NCBI GenBank assembly: GCA_032718475.1
Contig: JAUCBJ010009158.1
Location: forward strand, 44,143-108,142
From: Nemertoderma westbladi
Taxonomy: Eukaryota > Animalia > Xenacoelomorpha
Direction: 5' to 3'
DNA: 64,000 nucleotides
The notes under the pieces were generated by a model. The model searched no databases and was not told the origin of the DNA. It was given only the letters and a program-made list of their open reading frames with translations. Both the position numbers and the translations under genes were made by a program. Below are positions 25,101 to 37,100 of the stretch, piece by piece. Position 1 is the first letter of the stretch. The number at the start of each line of letters is the position of its first letter.

Positions 25101-25954
25101 CACTGATTGGAAATTGAAACAATGTCCGATAATTTCTTTGACACAAATTGAATTTTAAAATAGAATAATGTATATGAAACCAATAATAAAATCAAATTGC
25201 GATTTTTTTAATTTTAATTAAAAAATCGCAATTTAATTTTTTGTTAAATTTACTTACATTATATTTTTGCTGTTATGTTATGAGATGCAGTTTCTTAATT
25301 ATTTTCTATATGAGGCAATATATTCGCATATTAATAGTCGAAATATTTAATGTAAATGTAGAGTAGAAATATATTATAATTTTGTCAGAACTGTGGGATG
25401 AATTCCCTAGCACAAATCACAGGTACTTTAGTAGTGTATATAAATGTTTAAACTAAATGTTATGAAGCTGAAATCAACGTGTTCAAATGCAAAAATGTTT
25501 ATCCTGTCCTGTGTTTTGCTGATGTAATATAGGAATGGTTAACTGACATGGTTGTTCGTGGCTTTATGTGGCCCACATAAATACATTTTCCAAAATAAAC
25601 TGTCTATGCACAAACAGTACAGACTGCAGACAGCCCTTATTAAATCATAGTTCGTTACGAGATACTTTTAGTTTAGTTGGTGTTAGAAATATTACGTCTC
25701 CATCAATATCTACTGAGTAATGACATACCAGGTATAATGCTGTGCATTAAAAGTGCAGTGCTAATTATTTCATGTATTCGATATATTACATTGTTGCTTG
25801 GGTACTGGATACATTCTAGAATTATGTAGTTATTATTTTGTTACTGTTTTTATAAAGTATTTGTGTTTGGTATATCATGTACAGTATTATTATTTGTACT
25901 ATAGGTTGTAGTTTGTATAAAGTGTATAGGTGTATGTTAATGGGATCACTCGGT
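22115..25954 (-). mobile_element. Non-autonomous partner (3840-bp unit) of the HUH-helicase element
   Basis: Left ~1.3 kb nearly identical to 25955-27230; right end TAATGGGATCACTCGGT identical to 44498-44514; no long ORF. Confidence 0.85.
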
Positions 25955-28900
25955 GGTTCCCCACATGGGGTATAGAAACTCGCGCGGCCATGGGCAGGGT
26001 CCCCATCTCGCCGCGCCTAAAAAAAAAAAAAGTCTACAAAAACCGCTGCTGGCTACCGTCAACTCGAAACCTGTAACCCCCATCAAAAAAAGTTTAATCG
26101 TAAAGTTGTAGAGAAAAAAATTCTAAGGGTACGTCGCGTCTTCGATTTTTGAATTAAACCCTAATTTTCTAGAACATTCGAATTTTCTAAAAAAGAGACA
26201 TTTTCAAAAGCATATCAAACTCGAGGCACTTGATCCCTGCGATTTTCTCCAAACTTTGATAGAAAATAGATAAAAGACGTAAAAAAAATCGCCCCGAATA
26301 AAAGTCGAACTTTTATGTGTAGATTTCTAGAAAACTGTGCTCAAATATTCACAATTCCAGAACAAATTTGTCTATTTTACGATAATTTAATATCTCAGTT
26401 TGTGTGATATTTACGACAAAACGTAACATCACAAAGTTGGAGCTGAATAATTTATTTAATTTTTAAGACTATTTCGAACTCTGTACGACAAGCCGTTCTC
26501 ATTCTACAGACCTCTGAAAAACTTGACATTGCTTAGCAACTGACATGACAACGGCCGGTACTGGTAGGGGTTAATTATATCGTCTCGCCGCTTCGTTTCT
26601 CTTGATTCTACCGATCTGAAACCAATTCTATTCGAAAGAACAAAGTTTTCTCTATCTACTGGTATTCACAAACCCTCTAAAGGTGATGGGCATATGGGCA
26701 AAAAAGTGGGCAAAATATGGGCAAAAAAAATGTAACTTAAATATTTTTGGTGGAATTTCTTGATTTTTTTTACATATATCGAAAGAGAATCCCCGTAGAA
26801 AAGGTTTGGACGTAATTTGAGAAAAATCCGTCAAAGCAATCAAAAGTTATTCGAAAAAGAGTGGGCGCGCTGTATCGCACAGCATAATTATTCAATATTA
26901 CATTGCATATAGGGCCTACTGTACGCAGGGCACTGCTACTGACGTCATTAAATGTTCCAGAACATGTATTTATTTATCATTGGTTGAGGCAGTAGGTAGG
27001 AGTTGTATGGAATAACTGCGAGGGGGCCAGTTGAGTTCTATAATTCGAATTGTTGTTTCTAAGCAACCACACAAACAATACACTGTTCTTAGGCAGATTA
27101 CAGTTGGGTACCGTACGTACAGTACCTGTTGCGTGTAGTTTGGTTTCAATTGCTGTACGGCAATGTACCACATTGGTACTGTAGTTATATAATAGATTAA
27201 TTACGCATGTTAATTAACACAATTAATTAAATTATATTAATTAATTATTTATTTATTTATTAACTAAAACATAGTTTAATTTTAATTTCGTTGTACCGAA
27301 GTGGCGAAAAAATACCACATTGGCAGTGCAGTTGCGTATATTGTAGTAGATTAATCGCGTATTTTGTTTATCGCACCCACTTTATAGAATGACAAATACG
27401 TAATAATGATTATTACATTAGTAACGATAACACAAATATTAATTGTTATTTTATAACATTCAGAAATCTGCCTCTTATTTATTCTAGTCTTTCGCGTCGC
27501 ACACGTCATTGCAATTATATACTGATACATATATTTTACACTGAAGACGGGTGTGATCAAATTCCGTAATTCCCGTTCGCAAAATCGATTCCCCTTTTGC
27601 ACACGATTTTATAACAATAATAGTGCCGCTGTATTATCCTAAAGTACATATTATTATTACTGTAATGTAAAGAAACATCATACTACTATATATACTGTAC
27701 GTACATTCGTTGTTTGTTACCATTATACTGTATATAAGTGTTGATGTTTTACAGTATGTTAATAAATCTTTCGGAACATCGTTGTGCAGTATTGATTTTA
27801 TTCCCCCCCCCCCCCCCCCCCCCCCCTGTATGATACTGTAGAAATTCATACCTTGTCTGATTTTAATTATGAGGCAAAATAAAGGAATGGTTTCATTCAA
27901 ATGGAACCGAACCCACCGATATCACACATATCACACTGCATGTTTATTTCAATTTCATTCTATTGTTCTTATACCGTCGCTTCCAGGATGTAAGAGACCC
28001 GCCACCCGGATAAACTGACTCTGAGGAGGATTTATTTATTTCGGGAGAGTGCCGGGGAGGGTAGTTTTGTAAATAATATATTAAAATATAAGGTTGGAAA
28101 TGTTATCGCTTTATTATTGATAATCATAAAATATACCTACTAAATATCATAACATATAATAATTAATTTTTCTGTAAGTGGTGGATCAATTGGGTTCGAT
28201 TTATGCTCGAATACCATTGTTTTATATTATTATATTATATTATTTACAGCAGAAACATACCACATTGAATTAATATATTTATATAAAATCTATATTTATA
28301 AATTGGCAGAGATCCCAAAAGTTGAATCCCAAAAGATCATATTTTTGTGTTGGTTACCCCAAATGTTAATAATTTCTCAAAATATGGAGCTTTTTTAATA
28401 TTCTAAAGAAGAATCCTCTAATAATGCAGTACAGTAAGTAGTTGTAAGAAGGAAAAATATAGGGCCTAAAATAATTTCTTACGAATTCAACGAGTTTGTT
28501 TTTATTTGAAAATATTATACAGTACAGTACAACCGTACCGTAGCTTTTTGTATAAGCTCCGTACAGTATTGTTCGGCATTATACAGTATGCTATAATCAT
28601 ATCATTATAATAATATAGCAAGTCTTGGCTATAATAGATTAAATAACTCGACAAAATTATGTTCGATATTGCGTGGCTCATTAATGATCGAACAGTACAG
28701 TACAATGTAAAATATATAATAAAACATATCCAATAAATTAATGTACAAATGTACAGTAATACAAACACCAAATTCTTTAAGTAGTATATATTTACTATAT
28801 ACATCCCCCGCAGTATTGTTTACTGTATTTGTTTATAACCATTTGAGGTTGTTTATGCGCTCTTACATTAAAAGTATAGGACACTATACTATAATGCGAT

Positions 28901-29228
28901 ACTTACGAAAAATACAAAAAATAATAGTACATATATTTACAAAAATACATACACACTGTACGTACACATATAAGTACTATCAATACCTACAGTATGATTA
29001 ATATTGAAATTGATATTATATATCAATATATATTGAGTATATATTGAAATATACTCTGAGTATCTGTCGTGATGCGCCCAATGCGTAATTTTGTTGTAAA
29101 AAATATTATAAATATTGAATATAATATTGAATATTGAAATATAATTTGAAAATTTTTAAAAGTTATAATAGCCGTGAAGCAGGCCTAGTTCAAAAATAGT
29201 ATAATATTATAATTTAATTAAAAGGGTA

Positions 29229-32200
29229 TTAGTTTTGTTTATCGGTAGGTCTCTTTAAAAAATCAGGAGGATCCTTAAGGCTTCCACAAACTACGAGATT
29301 TAAGTCTGGATGGAAGGGTTTGTGGATTTGCAACGTGTCGTGAGCTGCGACCAATACTTCCTTTGGGGGAGCATTGGTCCAATCGTACAGCTCGTTTATC
29401 CGAAGTTTCCAACCAGCTATGACCTGTTGCCGTTGGTAACTGGTTCCAAGTTGATAGTCGAACCCAGTGAAGAAGGCGAGCACTGCCCATGGTCTTAGTG
29501 AAATGTTGGATGTAAAATCATCACTAGTGCCAAATGTACCCCCTTGGTTGTGGTTCTTTAGGGCAGATACCAGACTCTGTGACTCCCCTATATAAGTGAC
29601 GTTGGGACAGGGTCTAGAGATCAGGCAATATACGTAACCGGAAGTTGTTTGTGGGAGGGTCACATTACCTGGCCGGAAGGGGTGGAGACTCATGTCCACT
29701 ACGGGGTAGAGGTCGGAAGGTAGTCGTTGTGCATTGGTTGCCACAACAGACAACACATGTTCAATGTACACGTCGTACTGACTTACCTGACGTAGTAAAG
29801 TAGATGTAGCAAGGAGAATGTCGTCCTTGTTTCCTACGAAGGTCAGGTTAATTAGAAGTTCTAGTCTACTAATCAAGACGATTAATTGAGAGCGGAGCCA
29901 GAGGTGGTACTCGCTCTCAACCTCACTAATAGCGGTGGCTAATTTTAATATTGTATCTCCTAAGATACGATGGATAGTGGCCGCTATAAAATGTCGCAAC
30001 GGGTATTGTGTTCGACGGCCACTAATTCCACGGCCTACTGAATAAGACAATGACTGGAATTTACGAATTGTATATTCCTTCCAACCACTACCTTGTAGGT
30101 CGTCTGGAACCGACCTTTGGCCGGGTGGAGCCACCATTACTTTAAATGGCCCGAGTGGTTGAGTAGGCAGAGAGGTTACTACACATAGTTGGCCTTGGAA
30201 GCAGCCTTTCCGGGAGAGGTCATTCCGTGTGACCCGCATGACAGCACCACAGAATAGTGTGAGTACTTGCTCATCGGTTCGATTATTGAGGACCTTACTT
30301 GTGGCAGCTGAAGCAGACTTCCAGGCAGATTGACCAGTTACTGACTCTTCATCTTCTGCAGTGACTGCCATGCACTCCTTTCCACTGCTTCCAACGACAT
30401 GCAACATATGTTTAACGCTCTGCCGTTCGGCCTTTCGCTTACCAAAAACCCTCAAGGTAGAGGAGTCAACCTCGTCCCAAGTTCGTACGAAATTGCACTT
30501 CCTAGAGAGAATAGAGGTGTACTCTATAATCTCATCCTCGGAAAGGTGCAATTTCCTGATAAGTGTGTTCACCCGAATAAGGTCGGGGTCAAGGGCGGAA
30601 CGGACAAAATGGTTCAATAAAATGATGTTGAAGGTAGTAAACATATGGGTTGACACCCATATTGGATGACCTTTTACTGGGGGCAGCTGTTTTGTATCGC
30701 CAGTGGCAATCATTAGTACACCGCCCAAAGGAGAGTCATTCTCACGTACATGGCGGAGAACCTGATCCAGTACAGCGAACATCTCCGCGCTCACTGTACC
30801 TATTTCTTCTACGAAAAGTACATGTAAATTTCGCAGATAGGCCAACTTCTCCTTGTGGTTATGTAATTTTCGTACCGTTTGTTCCGAGTTAACTGTAACA
30901 TTAGTGATGCCACCCTCGTGGTCAATCACAGGAATTGGCAGTAATTGATGGATGTGTATTCCACCAAATTTAACTGCTCGTTCGGCGGCCAATGATGTGA
31001 ATATAATATTAGCGCCACCTGCGATGGCATAAACCGCACCATAGCACATCACTAAAGTTTTCCCAGTGCCTGGTGGTCCAAGGATCACGGGGAATTTTGA
31101 ATAACTATGGTGCCCCGAAAGAAGTCTATCAACTGCCCGAGTTATGCACTCTATGGCATATTTCTGTTCCTCCATGGATTCCTGGGATTGTCCGGGGGCC
31201 ATTCCCAATTGGGGTTTCCATGGAAGAGGCCGTTCTAAAGTGGCAGCCATCAGTTCATCTAATGACGGCATGTTGACGATGGCTACGTCGAACTTTAATG
31301 CTCTTATTGTGGCCAGTTTGAGATCATGCAGCATTCCTGCAATTTTTATGGTATTTTCCTCTTGCAGTGTACTTAGGAGTACAGTAGGTGTGTCATAAGT
31401 AGTCACCTCATTGTTGAGTATGAGGTTTTGCAGCACATGATCCGCTGCCACAATATACTTATCGGACATTCTCACCCCACCTGGAACGTGTCGCAGTTGC
31501 TCCCACTGGTATTTGGTGAGGATTTGGTCTACATTCTCCTGCGTGTAAGGACCAGCAGCGGGTAAAAGTCCCGCTCTAATAAACGAGTCCCTCATTGTTG
31601 GAACGAGGAACAGGTCTATTTCTGTTATAAACTCCCCCATACTCAACAATAAGTGGACTAAGAATTTAACAGGGTTCATTGGTGTGATGGTTCGGTCGCA
31701 AGCAATTGGAATTTTGTCTTTGAATATACAATTTTGGTATACGTAATTACTAGTAACTTGCTTGTCGTTTAATTCTATTTGATGTATTATGGACAGCATA
31801 TCAGTAACGCGATCTGAATCGTTGGCATGTTTACAATTATAATTTGTACAATATGATTTTAATTCATTTACTGCAGATGGCCGTAGTTGTACTATATGGT
31901 TGGTACCATCTACCCACATTGACTCCCGTATATTTGTTCTTAATTTCCTTTCGTGTATAGATTTAATTTCAGATTTTTTGGATGGCAATTTAATTTGGGC
32001 AAACCAAGTTAAATATAACTTTGGTCGTAAAACAAACAAGAGTTCTGGTGGCCGCAGACAAAACACCGTCATTAGATCAACTGATATGATGGAATCCTGT
32101 TGATCTACCATCGTCATAGTTTGGTTCGATGTGAAATGACGATGGGATGGTAGATTCAGCAGTTGTGAACGAACACGTTCGCATTCTGTATGGGCTGGAT

Positions 32201-34016
32201 GCTTTGGATTTTGGTTCTTCCAAGGCATAACAACCCCAGCCCTATTTTCTATGGAGGTGGTTGGAATATGGATAAATTCTGACGACGGGACAGTCACGGG
32301 GAGGTGTAAAATGTGCCACCCCAACTCAGGAGCACCAACAAGCCGAGCAAACACGGTCTTTTGTTTACTAGCTTGTTTCTGCAATTCCTCCTTGCGCAGA
32401 ATGGCGGGACCTGAAATTTTAATGTTCTTCAGCTCATCCTCCTGAGCGTGAACTACATTGGCCGAGGCTTGGCCTGCGGTGAATCGTACGTCCCGTTTCT
32501 CCTCAGCACCGGCAGCGTATTTGACGCAATAATGTGAACTGGTGCAACCATCGCACACTAACAGGTTGTCGTTGCACTGTGTGGCCGCAAATAATCTGTT
32601 GTTACAGGGCGAGAATATTGGATAGGTATACTCTGAGGCGTAGAAGTGTTTCCCAGCACGGATTGGGGTATGCAATTGGAAGGTGCCGTATTCATTGATT
32701 GTGGCCATACCCAGTCGTTGGTAGACCTGTAACGCTTCCTTGGAATGATTGTTTGGTAACTCTTCATAATAATGTCCATGCGATGGCGGGTTCACGTGTT
32801 TGCGGCAAATACGCTGTCCGGAAGAGTCTACCTTCTTATGGCAGGTAAACCCCGATTTCTCACAATCGTGGATGAGACGTACCAGATTGCGGTAAATCTC
32901 ATCCAGGTGGTCTCTGTCTCGTATGAGACCCTCAGCAAGGAACTCCTCAATCTCATCATTAGTAAAGAATGTCTGTTCAGAGGCTCTGATGCGGAGAAAT
33001 ACCTCATCAGACTCTTTGTCGGCATTCTTTACTATGATTAGAGAATGTATATGTGGTACATTCCCTTTGGTGTCCTGGAACTCCCAGGTGTACCACATAT
33101 CGTCAACCTCACCAAGAGGCTGCTCAGCTGAAAATCTAATGTAATTCATATGATAAGATCCAGCTCTTTGGACGGACCGGAGGAGCTGGATCATGGCGGA
33201 CTGGCGAATCGATTCTGCCATCTTACGAGTGTAAGTTTCCCCAACACAGGGAAGTCCGTTATCTAAGATGTATTGTTGGCGGTGTTTCTCGACAATACAT
33301 TCTACCTGGTGAAATATAGGCTTCACACCGTAGTGGCTGTCCATGGAGAAAGAGTGAGTATAAAAATATGTAGGCTCACCCCTCTCGGCTAGCCAACTAG
33401 CCAATTCAATGACCCGGGTGTTACTGTCAGTAACATCCAGGTTTAATAACCCTGTCTGAATTCCTTTTGGCAGGGTTCCAGCAAAATTTAGTATATCTTC
33501 CCAACCACGGTTGGAAACAAATCTGGTGTCCGTATTTCTTAATAAAATATTTAATAAAGCATCGAAAATAAACTGCAAGTAGCGTGGGTCGGTGGAGGTT
33601 AAAAGGTCTTGGTTTAAAACCCGCACTTGCAATTGGTTACTAAGTGTTTCAAACCCCAACATTTTCCGGGCGCTGGAATTTCCCCAAAGGGGATGAGGTA
33701 TGGCACCCGGAATTGAACCATCCTCCATTAATTGCCAAAAAATGGAAGGGAAAAGAATTGATTCGGGGTACATTAATGATACGGACTTTGTTGGTGTAGT
33801 GGCTACGAGATTTTCCAGCCATCTCTTAAACGATGCTGGCGTATCTACCACATGTCCCCTTCGTTGTAAGAGTCCCATCCCGTGGTTGAGAATAACATGT
33901 CCAGGGACCATCTTTCTTTCAACATTAAAAGAAAGGCTCGACAGACCACTGTCTGTCTGAGGAACAGCACCTGCCGGGTCATGGCCAGTGTCATCAGAAA
34001 ATACACTGGCATTCAT
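29229..34016 (-). CDS. Rep-helicase: HUH endonuclease + Pif1-like SF1B helicase + C-terminal GIY-YIG nuclease (C-terminal part of a disrupted ~2,670-aa ORF)
   Basis: HUH motifs YFYTHS, WYTWEFQ...PHIHSL (~33045-33095), YCVKY (~32516-32532); Walker A GPPGTGKT (~31057-31080), VLFVEEIG, GDTKQLPPV, FVRS, QYPL...AATIH...G; GYVYCLIS...TYIGES (~29580-29640). Confidence 0.9.
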   Translation of the reverse strand: MNASVFSDDTGHDPAGAVPQTDSGLSSLSFNVERKMVPGHVILNHGMGLLQRRGHVVDTPASFKRWLENLVATTPTKSVSLMYPESILFPSIFWQLMEDGSIPGAIPHPLWGNSSARKMLGFETLSNQLQVRVLNQDLLTSTDPRYLQFIFDALLNILLRNTDTRFVSNRGWEDILNFAGTLPKGIQTGLLNLDVTDSNTRVIELASWLAERGEPTYFYTHSFSMDSHYGVKPIFHQVECIVEKHRQQYILDNGLPCVGETYTRKMAESIRQSAMIQLLRSVQRAGSYHMNYIRFSAEQPLGEVDDMWYTWEFQDTKGNVPHIHSLIIVKNADKESDEVFLRIRASEQTFFTNDEIEEFLAEGLIRDRDHLDEIYRNLVRLIHDCEKSGFTCHKKVDSSGQRICRKHVNPPSHGHYYEELPNNHSKEALQVYQRLGMATINEYGTFQLHTPIRAGKHFYASEYTYPIFSPCNNRLFAATQCNDNLLVCDGCTSSHYCVKYAAGAEEKRDVRFTAGQASANVVHAQEDELKNIKISGPAILRKEELQKQASKQKTVFARLVGAPELGWHILHLPVTVPSSEFIHIPTTSIENRAGVVMPWKNQNPKHPAHTECERVRSQLLNLPSHRHFTSNQTMTMVDQQDSIISVDLMTVFCLRPPELLFVLRPKLYLTWFAQIKLPSKKSEIKSIHERKLRTNIRESMWVDGTNHIVQLRPSAVNELKSYCTNYNCKHANDSDRVTDMLSIIHQIELNDKQVTSNYVYQNCIFKDKIPIACDRTITPMNPVKFLVHLLLSMGEFITEIDLFLVPTMRDSFIRAGLLPAAGPYTQENVDQILTKYQWEQLRHVPGGVRMSDKYIVAADHVLQNLILNNEVTTYDTPTVLLSTLQEENTIKIAGMLHDLKLATIRALKFDVAIVNMPSLDELMAATLERPLPWKPQLGMAPGQSQESMEEQKYAIECITRAVDRLLSGHHSYSKFPVILGPPGTGKTLVMCYGAVYAIAGGANIIFTSLAAERAVKFGGIHIHQLLPIPVIDHEGGITNVTVNSEQTVRKLHNHKEKLAYLRNLHVLFVEEIGTVSAEMFAVLDQVLRHVRENDSPLGGVLMIATGDTKQLPPVKGHPIWVSTHMFTTFNIILLNHFVRSALDPDLIRVNTLIRKLHLSEDEIIEYTSILSRKCNFVRTWDEVDSSTLRVFGKRKAERQSVKHMLHVVGSSGKECMAVTAEDEESVTGQSAWKSASAATSKVLNNRTDEQVLTLFCGAVMRVTRNDLSRKGCFQGQLCVVTSLPTQPLGPFKVMVAPPGQRSVPDDLQGSGWKEYTIRKFQSLSYSVGRGISGRRTQYPLRHFIAATIHRILGDTILKLATAISEVESEYHLWLRSQLIVLISRLELLINLTFVGNKDDILLATSTLLRQVSQYDVYIEHVLSVVATNAQRLPSDLYPVVDMSLHPFRPGNVTLPQTTSGYVYCLISRPCPNVTYIGESQSLVSALKNHNQGGTFGTSDDFTSNISLRPWAVLAFFTGFDYQLGTSYQRQQVIAGWKLRINELYDWTNAPPKEVLVAAHDTLQIHKPFHPDLNLVVCGSLKDPPDFLKRPTDKQN

Positions 34017-34179
34017 TGCAAAATCTAGATCGTCTGTGTAATCTAGAGGTTAATGAGAGATGACCTCTACTTCCGGGGACACGTCACAATACACGTCATC
34101 AATGACGTCATCTTCACTAAATGGCTCATCATGCTCTACAGTCAGGATGGCCTCATCTTCCGGTGGAGGAAAAATGAAA

Positions 34180-37100
34180 CTACCCCGTTCTGAAGAACAT
34201 GACTGCCAGTGCTTCCTGCAAAGTGCAGCTGCGCATTGCTTGCAGGGTTGCGCAGTAAATGCTGGACACCTCCAAGCAGCCATCCTTTTTGCACCTCGAC
34301 CCATTTTCTAATGTTTCTCCACATTTGAATATATTATTTCGCAGTTCTCTAATAAAGGGATGCCGGTGTGTGGCACATTTAACTTTAGATTGGCCACCCA
34401 TTGATTGTAAGGTTTGGTCCCTTAAAAGGGAGCCGTCTACACTATATATAGTTGTATAGACTGCGAGAGACCATTTTCGCAGTATGTCAGTCGGCAGTAC
34501 TGGAGACTTTGTTGGAGTCTTGTTAGACTCTATATACCATCCATTAACCCCGAAAGGATATGACTGGTATATGATGGCGGAAGTGGAGGACGAAGTGGCA
34601 AGGAGGCGTAATTGCCAGGTATTGATATGGTTTACGGAAATAATTTTCGCCGGGACAAATGGAGTGGAAAAGGCCGGTGATGGCCTTTCTACTTTTAAAT
34701 GGGAAAGAAGTCGAAATGATGCCGTTCGTGGCGTATCCATAAGCCTTTCTACTGTCGATATCAATACGACATTCACTTCCGAAGATGGTGGGAGATTCTG
34801 AATAAATGCAGACACATTTTCATTAGAAATAATGGCTCTATGTTCAATCCGAATATTTTCTATTTTGTTCAAATTGGAGAAGATAGTAGCCACTTGCTGC
34901 GGCACTGGCGCTGCGCCCTCTATTGATGGGATGTTACGTAAAACTTCATTAATTTGTAAATCAGTTGGTCGTTTAATGAATGGTATATTTCTATTACTAT
35001 TTTTTGAGGCAGTAAAGGGTTTACTATATTTAGACAAATAGCGTAGCAGATAGCCACACCATTTGAAGTTTCCGTCATTGACTGAAAGTTGTAATGACTT
35101 CCACACTGCATCCACGTTAAGTGAAATGGAAGAACAAAGATACAGTACCAAGTTGCTATTATCTTTTATGATAGGTACTAAGGGCATAGCGCCGTAGCCG
35201 TCGCAATTTTGCACGTTTGGAACAATTTTCGGCCACAATCTCATTTGGGACGAGTTGAACTGTACCGGATTTCCAACTACAGTACCTATTACAGGTTCGG
35301 GTATATTTGGGTGGTTGTTAAGTGGTTCAACAACGGCATCACCCTGGTCAGCCAACAAAACTGGTGACTGAACGCGGTTGCAAACTACGTTCCCCAGAGA
35401 AACTTGCTCCAAAACCTGATCAATCTGATCATCAGGAAGTGATCCAATATGTTCCGGATCATTTTCCTGAATATGTTCCAGATTAGGAACAGTCACAGTC
35501 CCTAACTGGTCCCGTAGTGCTAAAGCACTTGATAGAGGTAGTGCAGTACCTTTGGATAGGGCGGAGAACAGTCCCTGTAAATCCAAAGGTTTAAGGACAT
35601 TAATAAATTGCTCCATTGTCTGCTCAGACAACTGACCGTTATTTACAAGATTGTAAAGTAGGGCCAGGCAATCTGGGCGAGTTTGGAGCAATAATGATTC
35701 TAACTGCCCCACTCTCTCGTCTGTGACATCAAAACGTCGATCAGTCGTGAGAGTGAAGCTGGTCATACCGGAATACGCTCCCTGTTCCTCCCACATTTGG
35801 TAGGTGTGGGAAGCGTATCCGGCTTTGGCTGTTCGAAATGTTCTCGGAACAAACACTGCGGAGCCAAGGCGGTCGGGAATTGTGCAGGGGAAACTCCCTA
35901 AAACAGGGTTGGGTGGGACATGTAAGTAGCGAAGGGTATTGCCACCCTTGTGTAGTTTACACACACGAATGCACAATCCCTCTTCGTTGGATATCGTAAC
36001 TGACGGAGCAACTTGGAAAATTTCTAGGAACTTTACTGTCTCCATCCAATCAGGACGCATATATTTCAGATGTTTAGAGCAGTAGACAGTGAAGTCGGGG
36101 ACGACTTCATTTAGTATCGCCGCTAATGATATTGGTTTGGAGTATTCTAGAAACTCGTGACAGCCATAAACACATCTAACCGAACAACTTGGGTGTCGAT
36201 TAAGTGCGGCTATGAGTCTCACGAGTTTCATCGAGTTGATGTCATCTAGAAACACCGAGATATCAGTGGTAATATCTCTGAAATATGGTGGTGGCGTTTC
36301 TATGGTGACATCAACTAATGAGTGGTGCATTTGGGACACTGAAGGCAACCACGATTCCCGCAAGGATGTTGTGATGAATTTCCACGGATGAAAATCATCA
36401 ACCACACCTTTAACGGAAAGGAGGTGCCAGAGAACAGAGGGCCACATGAAATGCCATTGGCGGTTTGCAGACTTATTTTGTTTATCCAGATAAATTGTAC
36501 ATAGTGTGCACAGTATTGCACAATTATTATCTGTACTACTTTTATTTACATGTCCGAAGCGTTTATTACAGGCCACGGAATTACAGTATATATAGCCGAG
36601 GTCTAACTCGTTAGAGGGTAGAGCCCAACGAAAACAATTCTGGCACATTAAAATTTCTGTGCTGTGTGTTAATGATTGCGGTACCATCGCAATATCTGAC
36701 TCATTTGTGTTCAATGTGATTATAGAGCGCACTGCTTGGATGGCTCTATGTGACCTACAGTAGTACATAGAATCAAATGCCACAAAAGTGTTATGGCAAA
36801 CTAAACATTGTTGATGCCTACTAATTTCGAGAGGCTGGATGGAAACTTCTGAGTCACTTCCGATTACCTCCCCGTCCGAAGTAAAATCGTCAATATCATC
36901 ATCTGATAAATCAAATGATGACGATGAATCACCAGCTGATGATTTTTCTATTCTACTCACGTCACTGTCACTATCACTGCTTTCTATGTTAGCTGACGCT
37001 GCACTACGACTGGTATTACTTTCAGGGTTGCGTTTACTCCAACTCATTTGATGAGCATTGCAATATAAACTACTTGTTCTACAAATTCGACGGCATACCT

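Noticed and set aside
29229-34016. Host PIF1 helicase gene
   Set aside because: Fused to HUH motifs, intronless and bounded by element-like termini.
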